A DNA stretch of 64,000 bases from the human T2T-CHM13v2.0 reference genome, Homo sapiens. Below are positions 46,120-62,129 of this stretch, piece after piece. Location: assembly GCF_009914755.1 (NCBI RefSeq), contig NC_060926.1. The stretch is one strand, 5' to 3'. The notes beneath the pieces are model-generated. The model did not search any database and was not told the DNA's origin. It worked only from the letters and a program-made list of their open reading frames with translations. The position numbers and the translations under genes are program-made. Numbering within the stretch: the first letter of the stretch is position 1; every line of letters starts with the position of its first letter.

Positions 46120-49100
46120 AAAACAGACTACCAAGGAACGGGGCAGGACCAGGACCTGAGCCAGATCTGTTGCCTCTAAACCCTCATTTTTTAGCAAACC
46201 ACTCGTGTTCCAACTCCAGCCCCTCTCACAGTCCACTGGCATACATTTCTCTGCAAACTGGATGCTCTTTGGGTACAAAGTAAGTCTTATTTACTCCTGT
46301 GTTCTACACAGCTCCACACAGAGACTGTGCTCAATGAATGTTCCTTGTACTGAATAAAATGGCACTGAATAATTGTATTAAATGGTACTAAAATATCCCT
46401 CTGGCCATCTTTTGGGTTAACATTGCCTCATTTTTACAAAATTTCTGAATTCACGGAGCTGAGGAATTAAGTTCTTCATATAAGGCCAAGGTCCTCAAGG
46501 AAGAAGGCTCCTTGGCTCTGGGTCTGCAGGGGGCTTCTGGAGCCTGGCATGGCTAGAACTTTCTTTCTACCCAAGTCTTCTTATCCTCTAAGGCTTAACC
46601 AAGATCCACCTCCTTCAGGGAGACCTCTCTAATGTACTCTTCCTCTCTTTCTCCTCCTGAATTCTTTCTCATTCGCATATCTCACTCTGAGTAGTGAACA
46701 CTCACAACTTTAATTAAAACTTACTTTATTTTTCTCCTCAAATTCCATGGAAACCAATTTTTATCCTTCTGCCTCTTTTCAGCATAATCCAGAGCAACAT
46801 TTCATGCTTAGTAGGTGCCCGATAAACACTGATTAATTCACATTAACTTGCCCAGGATTAGGGTTCTGAGTTCAATCTAGCCAGATGCTGAAGCGACTCT
46901 ACTTCGAGCCTTACCCCAGAATCTCACACCTGCTTGGCACAACCCGGAGTATACCCTCTACTTTGCTAAATAGAGAACCAAACACAAAGGACCAACGTTC
47001 CATCTCTGGGCTGCTGCTCCTTTTGATCCTTGGGCTATATGTAATAGAAGTTCCTATTTTCTGCTACCCTGTGCAGTTTCTAAACCTCAGCCAACTATAA
47101 CTTAGTTCTGTTCCCAGCGTAGCAAGAGTCCCTATTTCCACTGCACCTGTGCACTGAGTTCCCTGAAACCCAGACAGCCCCCGTGCGGCACACTCATGCA
47201 AATGGTTAGGGAAATGACAGGAACTCACAGTACTCCCAGGTTCTTTAAATGGTTCTGCTGCAATGCAGCACTCAGCTTGCTCACTCTAGGAAATGATGGC
47301 TCAGCAATTGGTGGTGTGGAAGGAATGGCTGAGAGGCTGCAGAGAGCAGACAGAATACCTGTAACAGAGTCATGCGGCTCACTGCCTTGGGCTCTGAATG
47401 ATGAGGCACTGAAAATGCTTATCACAGAAAGAGTAGGGGGCAGTGCTTAACAAAAACAACAGGATACAGCTTGCTAAAAATTTTCTGAGCCATTTCTACA
47501 GCGGCTTTTGTCTGGTGGAACCTTATTTTGTTTACTCCCTAGGCCCTGTTCTCCCTAGAAATGAAACCACACATCCCTTCTGACATAGCTGAGCTATATC
47601 TGAAGCTCCCAAGAGAAATGGACCCCAGGAAAACAGAGCTGGCACTTAGCTACAAGAGGCCACTTAATAAACTACCTCTAAAAGCCCTCCCCTCCCCTTC
47701 CCCAATGCGCATCCCAAGTCTTTTCCTACTTCAAGGTACCTTAGGCCTTCCTCCTCCTCCAAAATATAACTTGTTTCCATGAGAGGATGTCCATAATTGT
47801 CGGTTACGGTCCCAAATGGCCCACATTTTCCTGGCCCTGCCCCACACCGTTAAGAAGATGATTATGTCAAGCCTCATCTCTCAGCACAGGATGGAGACCT
47901 GTCACCCATGGGAAAGAGACCTCAGGCCTGTGTAGGCAAGCTAGAGTGCAAGTGCATCCAGGTCACGGGTCCTCCCTGCCCACTCTTTAGGTACTGTGAC
48001 TGTGATCCCATTTACTTGTGATAGGGCAATGAAGGCTCATTCCCTGAGGACAACATAACTCCTGGCTATTTAACAGGTTTTTCTAGAATGTAATTTTTTT
48101 CTCCTATAATCATTTCTTGGCCATAAAATAAATTTCTGGTTCTGCAGACATTTATTGGGCACATATAATTACAGACCCGATTTCAATACAGGGAGGTCAG
48201 AATGAGTGTTCATCATAATGCAGAACTAAAATGACAATTTGAGGTGTGCCAAAGCTTACAAGCAAGGGAGTGCCCCCCAGACCACTTGATGAAGTCACAG
48301 AGCAGAACCTGAGTGCCAAGGAGCAAAATTCTGAGACCTCTAATTTCAGGCTTAAGTGGCTTATGGCAACCACATCCCTCATTTTTAATTTATACTTAAA
48401 TAACCTGATACTGCTTTTAGATGAACTGGATACAAGCCTAAGAAGATGCCTGTCTGAAAAAGAGCCAAGTGAGGTCAGAACAGAGCCAGGTTGTAAGCCT
48501 AAACTAAGGTGACATGGTTATTAGAACAATTGTAAATTAACTGGGGCAAGGGACATCTTCACTGTGGGCTCAATGCGGCCACCTCATGCTAGCTAACAAG
48601 AAACTAACATTTGAGCTAGATCTGCAGGGATGATAGGAGTTCACCAAGCAGAAGAGAGAAATGTATCATGGAATGTTCTAGAAAAAGGACCAAGGATTGA
48701 CAGTGCACATTGAAAGCTAGGCACAGTGAGGTTGCAACACAGAGGGCACAGGTATCTGCCTTGCTGCACCTTGGAAATGTATTGTTGGTTTGATTAGAAA
48801 TTACTAAAACAGCCTGTACTTTTCTATTATAGCAAGTCTCATAGTGTGTAATTACATATTTGTAAGATTTGCTCCATTTGTCTCCCTTCACCTCCACACC
48901 ATTCTAAACCTCCAGAAAGAAATCCCAACTGTTTTGCTCACCATTATACTCTCAGCACCTAACACAGGACTTAGTGCTCAGTAAAGCTCACTAAATATTT
49001 GACAAGGAATAAATGAATGAATTAATTATAAATGAAGTGAGACCAGCTCTGTCAGATCACTCATTGCTACATATTAAGAAGGAATGGTTATTTGTTTGTG

Positions 49101-49895
49101 ATTGAGCTAAATTGGGTATCAATTCATATTAAAAGTCCATCAATTGTACACACAGCATCAAGTACATCATATTTGAAAATAACTATTTTATGGATTGGTT
49201 TCTCCCCACTTAGCCCCATTTTCCCCTTCTTTAGGGTGAGAATCATATGGAATATATATGCATTTTTAAATTTAGATAAAAGACAGCTTCTTTAAAGTGA
49301 GTAATAAATCTCACTAATGTGCACTAAAGGTAATAAAAAGTTGATTATTCAAGGGAATACAGTAAGGATATTGAAGGTCAGTCACTACACGGAATATGTT
49401 TTTTCCCAAAATTTTACTAGGTGTATGAATTTAGAAATGCCAAGAGATTTAAATCGATGTTCTCAGTGCATAACCTTAGCGTGCAAGAGAAAAATCTTTT
49501 CCCAGAGATGAATCTGTATTAAAGTGGGTTGGCCTGGGGAAATATGAGTAAGTAAAACAAGGCGGACTTCCACTGGCCTCCCTGGCTCTCTACTGTGCCC
49601 TTTGAGGTATGGGTCAGGCTCTACCCTGGGTACTTCTTAACTAGACCTAGGCACTGAAAGCCGAGAAGCTTTTTAACTCAGCTTCCTCACCCTCCACACT
49701 CAGTCTGTGTAATGTGCTATAGAGGCTAGTCCTCACCAGAGATGTCAGCAGCATTCAGGGATATAACACAGCCTCCTTCTCAGAGACCTCCTCTGACTCC
49801 TGAAAGCCTTCTATATCTCTGTATCTCCCAGGGGTATAGAGAAGAATGCCACATGTCTGTTCTGGTCTTTACCTCTCTGGTTCTATTTGACAATC

Positions 49896-51599
49896 TTTTT
49901 TTTAAATTTTTATAGTAGGTGTATATATTTATGGGGTACATGAGATATTTGGACAGACACACAATGTTTAATAAACACGTCAGGGTAAATAGGGTAACCA
50001 TCATCTCAAGCATTTATACTTTGTGTTACAAACAATTCAATTATACTGTTTTAGTTATTTTTAAATGTGCAATTAAATTATTATTGACTGTAGTCACCCT
50101 GTTATGCTATAAAATACTAGATATTATTCATTCTTTCTATGCTTTGTACCCATTAACCATCCCTACCTTTTCCCTCCCACCTGCCTGGCCCTCCCCACCA
50201 CTACCCTTCCCAGCCTCTGGTAATCCTCTTTCTACTCTCCATCTCCATGGGTTCAAGTGTTTTAATTTTTATCTTCCACAAATAAGTGAGAACATGTGAA
50301 GTCTGCCTTTCCATGACTGGTTTATTTCATTTAACATAATGACCTCCAGTTCCATCCACGTTGTTGCAGATAACAGGATGTTATTGTTTTTGATGGCTGA
50401 ATAGTACTCCATAGTGTTATATGTGACACATTTTCTTTATCTATTCATCTGTTGATGGGCACATGTTGCTTCCAAATCTTGGCTATTGTAAATAGTGCTG
50501 CAATAAAAATGGGAGTGCAGCTATCTCTTCGATATACTGATTTCCTTTCATTTGGGTATATATCTAGCAGTGGTATTGCTGGATCATATGGTAGCTCTAT
50601 TTTTAGTTTTATGAGGAACCTCCAAACATTCTCCATAGTGGTTGTAGTAATTTACATTCCCACCAACAGTGTACAAGGGTTCTCTTTTCTCCACATCCTC
50701 GCTAGCATTTGTTATTGCCTGTCCTTTGGATAAAAGCCATTTTAATTGGGGTGAGATGGTATCTTTTTGTAGTTTTGATTTGAATTTCTCTGATGATGAA
50801 TGATGTTGAAAACATTTTCATATGCCTGTTTGCCATTTGTGTGTCCCATTTTTGAGAAATGTCTATTCAGATCTTTTGCCCAATTTTTAAAATCAGATTA
50901 TTAGATATTTTCCTATAGAATTGTTTGAGTTCCTTTTATAGTCTGGTTGTTAGTCCCTTGTCAGATGAGTAGTTTGTAAATATTTTTCCCATTCTGTGGG
51001 TTATCTCTTCACTTTGTTGATTATATCCTTTGCTGTGCAGAAGCTTTTTAACTTGATATAATCCCATTTGTCCATTTTTGCTTTGGTTGCCTGTGCTTGT
51101 GGGATATTACTCAAGAAATATTTGCCCTGTCCAATGTCCTTGAGAGCTTTCCCACGATTTTCTTGCCATACTTTCATAATTTGAGGTCTTAAATTTCAAT
51201 CTTTAATCCATTTTGGTTTGATTTTTGTAGACAGTGAGAGATAGGGGTCTAGTTTTATTCTTCTGCATATGGATATCCAGTTTTCCCATCACCATTTATT
51301 AAAGAGACTATCCTTTCCACACTGTATATTCTTGGCAACTTTGTTGAAAATGAATTCACTGTAGATGCATGGATTTGTTTCTGGGCTCTCCATTATGTTC
51401 CATTGGTCTATGTGTCTGTTTTTAGGCCAGTACCATGTTGTTTTGGTTACCATAGCTCAGTAGTGTAATTTGAAGTTAGGTAATGTGATTCCTCCAGTTT
51501 TGTACATTTTGCTCAGGATAGCTTTGACTATTCTGGGTCTTTTGTGATTCCATATAAATTTGGAATTTTTTTTCTATTTCTGGGAAGAATGCCATTGGT
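49896..51599 (-). mobile_element. 5'-truncated L1MA (L1MA3/4-like)
   Basis: L1MA-type 3'UTR gtatatatttatggggtacatgagatatt..., ORF2 C-terminal peptide [12 protein letters not shown]; degenerate 20-bp TSD tggttctatttgacaatctt / tggttctacctgacaagctt. Confidence 0.88.
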
Positions 51600-53838
51600 T
51601 CTACCTGACAAGCTTAATAGCTCCTCTTAACAGTGGCAGCCATGCTAACCAATGGCTAGAGAAATCAGCTATCCAAATTCTCCCATTTTGCAGATGAGGA
51701 AATTGAGACAGTCCTGGAGAGGTTAACTGACACACTATGGTCCCAAAGGGAAAGGAGAACTGAGATCCCTCCCCTTGAATTCATACTCCTTTTTTCTCCT
51801 CCTACATATTATCTCCCCCCAGTGGTATCCCCTTCTCAACATTTGCTACTTTGACCCTTTCTTGCAGTTTCCACTGTCATCACCTGCTTTGGGGTTTACA
51901 TTCTTTCTTGTGTTCTCAGTATTTTGCCCATATCATCCCTCCCACTCCCACCAGCAGGCTCTTCTTCTTGCCTATCTAAATGTTATCATCACAAAAAGCC
52001 AGCTCAAATCTTTCCCCTGGGAAAATCCTTTCAACACGCTGTGGCCCAGCTTGTCCTTCCTATCTCTAGCCCCTAAAATCTGGATCCTTCTTTGTCACTT
52101 TGCATGTTCTTTCTTCACTGCTGATACTGTTATCTTTTGTTAAGGGAAATGCCTCTTTCCCACTCTTGATAAATCCTTCTGTAACAAGGAGCTTAATTAT
52201 TGATATTCCTTTATGCCTTGTTTGCTTCATCTCAGGGCCAAGTAGGAAAGAATAAACTTATGATTTTAGACTCAGCTCCTCTCTTTTCTTCTTGGACACA
52301 AGCTCTTCCACAAACAGTGGTTCTTCTCTGTTCCATGGGGACAGAGGCACCACATGGCTAAGAATATAAGTCTAATTCTGGACTTCAGTGTCAAGCGGCT
52401 CACTGAGAACTGTGCTAAGCTGTGTGTACTTCAATTTAGCTTTTATCTACTAAAAATAAAGGTAATCTATTGCCCTATATGCATTCTATTTGGCATATTT
52501 CTCAACTGGTCCGGAACTCCGGAGGACGGGGAGTCCCTCTTGATGCCACGGCATTCTGTACGGATATTTAAGTCTTGTTCTATCATTTAATTCACTGCTT
52601 TGTGTGCTTTGTCTCTTCAGCTTTTGTGTGAACTCCTCAGGTGTGGGAATGATAGAATATAATTGTTCATATCCCCCAGAGCACTCAGTTCAAAGCTTTG
52701 CACATAGCAGGTGCTCAATCCATTTCTATTCAATGAAATATTTGTTGAAAAACTCTGACACCTCCCAGCAATCAAGTAATTTTCCTTAAAGTGTTTTCAC
52801 CGTAATTCTGCCACCTATAAAGATCTGTAACCAAGGAAACATCTTTCCCATTCTAACTAAAACAGATCCTTTCAGTTTTTAAAATCTTCTTCCCTAAGTA
52901 CTTATCCTCCTCCTTCATCACTTTTCAGATTCTCTTATTGCCTACTGGAAATAAAAAATGAAATAAAATAAAAAATAAAAACATTAGTAAGGTTTTACAG
53001 AAGGAGCAGAGGAGGCATGATGGTTCTGGTCATTTCTCATCCCCCTTGTCATTCATAATCCTTAGGAAGACATACTGCCATTTAGACACAGTGTTACCTA
53101 AGGCTGGGAGAGCTGAGAATTGATATTTTTCTACCAGCAGACCCAATGTCTATATTATAGGGCTGAGTGAGCTTCAGACAACCCTGTGGCTTCCCAGTTA
53201 CAGCATTTCCTATGCTTTTGTCTTGTGCTTCTCTGACCAATCTCCCTGTGATCAAACCCTCTGTGCCCCATCATCCAGAGCCATGCTTCTGCAGTGCCTG
53301 GCCCTGAGTGTTATTTATTACCAGCTGAATGCAATTGTTCTCTGCACTGCTTCTTCTAAGAATATACCCCCACTTCCCTACCACAACAATTATCTTAGTG
53401 ACATATTATCAAACTTCACTTAATTTTGCCAAGCCTTGAGGGTCCATGTGTAGGACCTCTACGCAGCCTCTACTAGGATCTTCCTTTATAAACAGTTTAA
53501 TTTCCCTAGCTCCCAATTGATCTGAGGTGCTCCCTCCTATTCATCCTCTTTTCTAACCTTAACCAACCTTATGACTTGAGTCTGCCAAAACTAGTGCAGA
53601 ATCTACCTTGGTAAATTCAAAGAGAAATTCAGAAACAGAACGTTTAAGATGCTCCAGTCTGACCTAATTCCTCCCTCTTTATTTTATAGATGAAGATGCC
53701 AAGGCACACGGAAGTTAAGTAAGTTACTAAAGTGAGCTAAAAGCAAACCTGGAACTAAACCTCAAGCCGCCTGACAACCAATTTTATACTCCAATATTTT
53801 TAAGCAAACAGAAAACGCAACAACTGATATTGACTTAC

Positions 53839-53962
53839 CGTTATGGTACAAAAAAAGAACTCCCCAAAATGATACAGATTACTCACAAACCAATGCCTCA
53901 AATCCAAGTTATTTGCAAATTGGAGATTGATTCTCAGTGGTTCTAATGAGATGGATATTAAA
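53839..53962 (-). pseudogene. Candidate exon of putative decayed gene
   Basis: Acceptor ttacttgttatag|T, consensus donor ACG|gtaagt; 124 nt open in phase 2 to 0 (LISISLEPLRINLQFANNLDLRHWFVSNLYHFGEFFFCTIT). Confidence 0.45.
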
Positions 53963-54631
53963 CTATAACAAGTAACAAGTCTGAATGTGCTTCTATCGTA
54001 AGAGACCAATAATTCAACCTTTTAATCGTAGACAGTTCCAGTAAGAGAAACCCTAGAAGCCTCCAAGGTCTTATATTCCATTAGGAATATAAATAGCAGT
54101 TACACAACTTAAAGCAAAAGGATTTCACCATAATACTAAAAGAAAAAATATGCAACAAAATATCATCAAGTCAATTTAATAAAAGTTATTAACTCTGAAA
54201 AAAATTCAAATCTCTAAACTTCAATGAAAATGTAACAGATTCATGAAAATAGATAAATTCTGTCTCCACTATAATTAAATAATTTGAATTGATGCAAAGA
54301 AAAGTCTGTCACCCTTCAAATGCAAATTTTTTGAAGTATAAGGTTTAAACATTTACCAACATGATGTAAACAAAAATACCCCAAGTTCAAAAATGTACTT
54401 ATATTAAAAATGCTCCATTTTTTTGCTGTCAGTTTCTCACCATAAACCACAAATTGTGCAAATTAGTTTTAATCAATTCAGCTGTTTTTGTCAGTAAAAG
54501 ACACTTGAAAAGTCCATGTATTTATTAAAATTCATCTCATAAATTTCACACTGATAGGCAATGTTTCAATTACCAATTGTAACTACCTTCTCTATATTCA
54601 AGAGAGATAGACATAGAAAGATATATATTAC

Positions 54632-54964
54632 CCACGAATTTTTGCTCTCAGATTCAAATACAGCCATCTAATTTGTGAAAATAATTGTAATATTCTCCAT
54701 CTAAGCTCCTTGTCTTCCTGAAATGGTAGATAATGGCGGCCCTGTTGTGCAGTACCTGGGATTGGTGCTTTGTCAGCACTGGGGAAATGGCTTGGCTGAA
54801 TCACTTGGAGAGTACAGCAATTTGTCAGGTCAATGCTAATCATGCAAAGGGTTCTCTGCACGCCAGCAGAGGCACTTAGCACACAAGTCACCTCAACTTT
54901 AAACCAATGAGATATAGTTTCCTACTTGATCCACTCATTGAAGAAGGTGAAGGTAGCCCAGGAC
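54632..54964 (-). pseudogene. Candidate exon of putative decayed gene
   Basis: Acceptor gtattttctatcag|G, donor GG|gtaata; 333 nt with one stop in 110 codons (SWATFTFFNEWIK*ETISHWFKVEVTCVLSASAGVQRTLCMISIDLTNCCTLQVIQP...); phase-2 end fits the next exon. Confidence 0.45.
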
Positions 54965-55748
54965 CTGATAGAAAATACATTTTTAATGTAGAATATTTTA
55001 AATCTTCTACATTTGACTTTGGGTTGTAAGATTTTAACCTTGCCAGTTATTGCTTCTTCAGTAATTATAGATAGAATGCTAACAGTGTCCGACTCTGTTT
55101 TGAGTACTTTACTTTGCATTCATATATTTAATCTTCATTTAATCCTCAGATGAGAAAACTGAGTCACAGAGAAGCTGAGCAATTTGCCCAAGACAAGTGG
55201 CAGAATTTAAGTTCCAACTAAAGCAGTCTGACTTCAGGCCCCTTGCCCTCAGCCTGCAATGCAACATAGGCTAATCTATAAGGAAAAACACAAAAAACTG
55301 CTCAAGGAAAATGGCACTTCAGAACAAGCTCCTCAGAGTCTCAGTACCCTCATAAATGTTTTCCCAACAAAATGTACTCTCTGTTACTCAGTCTTCATAT
55401 CTGTAAAATGGGGAGAAAAACTATTCTGCTTTCATTTCTAGGAAGCTGTAAGATTCAAAGAACATAATGCATTTCTCTTTGGCAAGTGCAAAACACTAAG
55501 AAGAATAGTGTTATTGCCTATTACAGCTGCCTGCCAGATTGATTTTCTTACAGGGGTTATGCCACCTATTTTGCAGTTATTGATAGATAACATGCATTTT
55601 TATCCATTCCCAGAAACAAAGAACACTAAGAATCGTGTGTTTTCACTTGGTGGAGACAAAAGTATGCCTTTACTGTGGTAAGAATGCCAACTGTCGGTTG
55701 TCAACTCCCCAGTTCTGTGTCATAATTTAATTCCCAAGAACAACTTAC

Positions 55749-56330
55749 AATCCTGTAAGACATCATGCTGATTTATTCCATTAAACACATTATATTGATA
55801 AGATATAGAGCAGCAAGATGCTTCAGAAGAAAAAAAAAACAAAACCACAACCCTGTAATGTTTGCTGGACTCTGCAAGAGAAAGGCAAGGTATTCTACTT
55901 CGGCCAATTTACCAAGTGATTCCAAAAGTCAATAGCTCTCAAAGAGGCCCAGGCCAACAGAAGATATAAAACCTAATCTTGCATTCAGTGCAGAAAGCGC
56001 TAACATATGCCCTTATGACCCACTATATCCACTGGAGCAAAAGTCCCTTCAGTTTGAGAGCATAACCATACACCCTTTAACAAATCAGCAATATTCTTTT
56101 GAGAACTAATTCTGAATGTGCTACTAAGATTGGAGGAAGACTGAACTCATGACCATGAGAACATTAGCCCTCTTCACCCGTGAATTTGCAAACATTTCAA
56201 GAGGACATTGGATCGTCACAGAGTGTGAAATTGACACCAAGATTGAGGGGACCACGCTTGCTCACACCGGAGTTACACAGAAAATAATACCTCTATTAAG
56301 TGATTTGTTCACTAGATTCCTGTTCATTTT
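55749..56330 (-). pseudogene. Possible heavily decayed Cys-rich exon
   Basis: Protein-like stretches in shifting frames (RYYFLCNSGVSKRGPLNLGVNFTLCDDPMSS*NVCKFTGEEG*CSHGHEFSLPP; KNIADLLKGVWLCSQTEGTFAPVDIVGHKGIC; SEASCCSISYQYNVFNGINQHDVLQD) ending at donor ATT|gtaagt; many stops. Confidence 0.25.
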
Positions 56331-56862
56331 CTAGGCTTGTGTTTTATATTTTTGCCAATTTGTTGCTTAGATAAAACAGCATGAAACTCACTGTTCAGCA
56401 TTCTGTTGGAACTACAGGGTAACCTCCACTACATGTTACTATAGCTCTCTTTCTCTAAAACTTGAGCTTCCTGTCCTGAAATTGTTCTGTTTTTCTATTT
56501 TTTTGCAGCTGCATTGTCTCTTTAAAATCAGCAATGCATGCTCACTGGAGATGAAAACAATGTTACTAAATACTCTGGTAAATTTTAAAAAGCATATACT
56601 TTCTTCCTGGAATTAAACTATAAACCAAAACCCCGTTTCATATTATTATTATTATTCCTATGAAGCCTTGTTAAATATAATGCTTTCAAAGCAGGAGCTA
56701 ATATTAATTACTACTTAATGACTTCAAGTTCAGTTTCACTGCAAAGAACACTTTCTAGAAATTATATCCCCAGCAAGGGAAAATGTTTGAACCCACTGCT
56801 ATTTGTAGCTAAATAATATAGTGAAACTAAAATTGTTAAGTAACCAACAGGCATCTTAATAA

Positions 56863-58448
<1,586 letters not shown>

Positions 58449-61400
58449 AATAATCTGGGTTTCTGTCCATTTGTTTGTTTATTTGATTTTTAATATTAGG
58501 ATGCTTTACTTATTCACTGCCTAACATCAAAGGGAAAATATGACCAACTTAATTCTTGGTGGTGTTATTATTGACATTGCCAATAGCATATAGAATAACT
58601 ATAAAAAATTCAAGATGTGTAAGCCTAGGTGTGAATCCTGATAACTTCCCCCCTGTATGATGCTGAGAAACTTACTTAACCTCTCTGAGTTTCAGGGATG
58701 ACTTACGTTTTAAGTGAGATAATGCATTTTAAATACTCGCCACAAAACCAGATACCAGCTGAGCTTTCAACAAACAACACCTGCTGTTATTGTCATCCTC
58801 TGTGATCACTCTGATGGCAAAGCTGTCTTGAGAGATAGCCTAAAATTGTTCATCTTAAACAAGAAAAAGAGCTTAATGTAACGGGAAAAACTAAAACATT
58901 ATGATGGTGACTAGTATGCATTTGCCCCCTGCTTATTTCCCTAGGGAAATCTAAAAAGTTCTTTTGTAGTTGGTGGTCAATCCTACATAATAAAAATATG
59001 GAACTTTACTAGGGAGGCTGAGAGCCTTCCATGAAGGAGAAGGTCTGAGCCACCAAAGCCCAGCAGCCCAAATTACAAGCAAGCCAACTGGTAGGAGAAG
59101 AAGCAGGGGAAATTGTGGAATAACACACGCTGTGAAAATCTAACATTCATATAAGGCTGTAGTCTAGAGGAGAGTTACCAGCCTTTTCTATGCTCTTTCT
59201 AATCACCTGGCTTGATAGAGAAAACCTTTGCCCCAGTGGATTCTATGAAAAGGTTCAGAGAATGAATGTTCTACCATGGCTGTGTAATGACTTTTTGTCT
59301 GGAGACAATGGTTGAAGAACCCAGTCTAAACTAAAATCAAGTCCATTTTCAGGGATGAAACATGGTGAGCTCCAAAAACCTCCAAGTATTTTTCTGGGGA
59401 ACAAAAGACAGAGTTGGAGATATTCTTTACTGGCTTATGTGTAGACAGATATGCACACTTTCTGCTATTTGTGAAAGCAATGCTATGTGCATCATCCTAT
59501 GTCTGTGGTGACCCGTGGGTGCAGTATTTTTCTTCTTCCAAGCAAAATAATAAGAGTAACATTTACTAAGCACTTATGATACGCCAGGCACAAAACCCTT
59601 TAATGAAACTAGTAGAATTTGATTCTTAGTGAGCTTAGTCATAATACAATGAGCTCTCCAACAGCCTCTGCAGTAATTCTGTTTTTTCCTGTCAGATGTC
59701 AATACATGTGAATGCTATCCAAGTTCTCATAGGGCTGGAAGCAGACAGAAAGGATTCTGCAGCTTTACCATCAAACAGTCTTCAGTTTTTAAAACAAATT
59801 TCAGATTATTCTTTTTTTAACTAAGAGTTCTCTGATACCACACCAGCAGACTTCCTTCTATTCCACTGCAATCATTACCTTGATTTTCTACCCTTTGATG
59901 TGCTGCAGTATTTGTGTCAGCAAGTTCTATGCATTTGAAAGCTCATGAAGGGATTGTCATTTTACACAGTGGAGTTGCTCCTCCTTGCAATACTGACAGC
60001 TGACTTGAGTCCTGGCTATAACTAATAACAACTTGGTGGTGGCTTTACATTGTGCATTTCATCTCCAGATTATAAAACACTCTGCAAAAATTTTATTACA
60101 GTCTCTCCCCATAGGATGAAAATACTTTAGAAGTATGAGAGGTTAAGTTACATGCCCAATAAACAGTAATGAAAGAAACAAAATTGAAATTAGGTCCTTC
60201 TGGGCTTAAGCCATTGCTTCTATTCATGGAGTCACAATGCCTTCCCAAGAAGGAAGACGCATGAAAGCAATATGTGTGGAAGCGCATAGCACAGAACACA
60301 GGTGGGAAGAACTGTAGTATTCTACTTTTCTTTGGTCTCTCAAGGTCTGTTGGTGGCTTTGAACCAGATATGTTATTCAAGTGGGACTACTATTATTCTA
60401 ATTATTGATGAAGGATCTCAACAAAGAATTAGAGAGTTGTTACTACTTCCAAGTTTTGTGGTTTACTTACAAAACAAGCAGTTTGGTCATTCTTGTTTCA
60501 AAATCAACAGTAATTAGGGAAATAAATTTATTTTGTGTGTTTGAACTGGACAGAAATTTTAAGACCTGTGTTACTATAGGCCCACTGAAACTGCAATGAC
60601 TCCAAACTCTCCTTCTTTTTCAATCTCCAGCAACTTGTTCCCAAAGCTGGAGAAGACACTCCTGAGGGCTATTTAGGACAACTTATGACTCAGCTCTTTG
60701 AGCAGAAAGAGGCCAAAAAGTTCAGCAGAAAAAGCCCTGAACTCTTGGAAGAGCTGGCTTCAAGCCTGGCTTAGACCTGGCCTTCTGTGGGGCAGGTTTC
60801 TTAATCTTCCAATGGGCTGTCTCCTGGAGGTGGGATGAAAGTTCTCTTCTGACTCAGCTCCTAAGGGCTGTTATGCATATTAGATCACCAGAATTAGAAT
60901 GTATCAAGCTGTTCTAATGAAAGTGAAAGTTACCAGAGATAATTTAAAATATTTGGTGAAGATCAACAGACAAATTTTACTGAGCATGCAGTAGGTTCAA
61001 TCCACTGGGTACCAAAAAAAAAAAAAAATCAAAGTGTGAAGCATAGTTCCTGCCATTCTGTATCTCAGAGGCTTGCTTTATATAATAGACAAGCACACCC
61101 AGAAAAGTAACTGAAAACCAACTTATGTTGTGTAGCATTTGAATGCAGACCTAAATGCTGTAGGAGAAATATGTGGAAGAGAGGACTTAGAAGGTGTAAA
61201 AGAGTTTACAAAATTACAGACGAAAAAAAGTTGGGGAGGGAATCAAGAAGGATACTTAAGCAGGACTGAAGAATTGAAAAAACAAGGCTCTTTAGGGGCA
61301 TTTATAGAAAATATTTCTTGAAGAACATATGGTTAGCACAAGAAAAATGTAGTAAATGAAACAGAAAAGAGAGAGATGGAAGGCCCAGAATGCCATGTTA

Positions 61401-61687
61401 TGATTCAGGCTCCATTCCATATAAACAAACAAAACTTGCTGAGAAAACACAATGAAAAGGAAAACCTCCCATTTGTGATGTAAATAAATAAATAACCTAG
61501 GCAAAGCACTTATCAATAAATATCCAAAATCTCCTGAACAAACCACATGAAACATTTCTGAAGGGCACAAAACTAGACTGTATAAATAGAAAGATAATCC
61601 ATGTTTTGGAGTCGGAAAGCTCAATGCAAGAAAGTTGCCCCTTCCCACTAAGTTAAATTATAAATGCAGTGTGATTTCAGTAAAAAA

Positions 61688-61972
61688 ATATATATATACA
61701 CACATAAATACATATATACATATATACACACATATACACGTATGTATACACACATGTATACACACATGTATACATATACACATATACCTACACATATATA
61801 CATATATACATACATGTATACATGTAGGTATATAGACATATACACATATATACATATAGGTATATATCCACATATACATATACATATATACATACATATA
61901 TACATAGACATATATACATGCATATATACATACATATGTACATATATGTGTATATATACGTATACCATATAC
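61688..61972. repeat. (TA/CA)n low-complexity repeat
   Basis: Directly visible degenerate TATACA/TACATA array. Confidence 0.95.
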
Positions 61973-62129
61973 CACTTTTTCTGAAGCTCAACAAGTTAAT
62001 TACAAAGTTTTATATTAAAAATAATAATATAACATGTTTAGTTAGGTATATTCCTTATTTATTTATTTATTTATTTTGCAGCTGTTGTAAAAGAGGTTGA
62101 GTTCTTGCTTTGAGTTTCAGCTTGGTCGC

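Noticed and set aside
47196-47450. Overlapping ORFs with splice-like sites
   Set aside because: No consistent acceptor/donor/phase solution; could be regulatory or random.
61635-62100. Cluster of Y/I/H/T/V-rich ORFs on both strands
   Set aside because: Artefact of the TA/CA low-complexity repeat.
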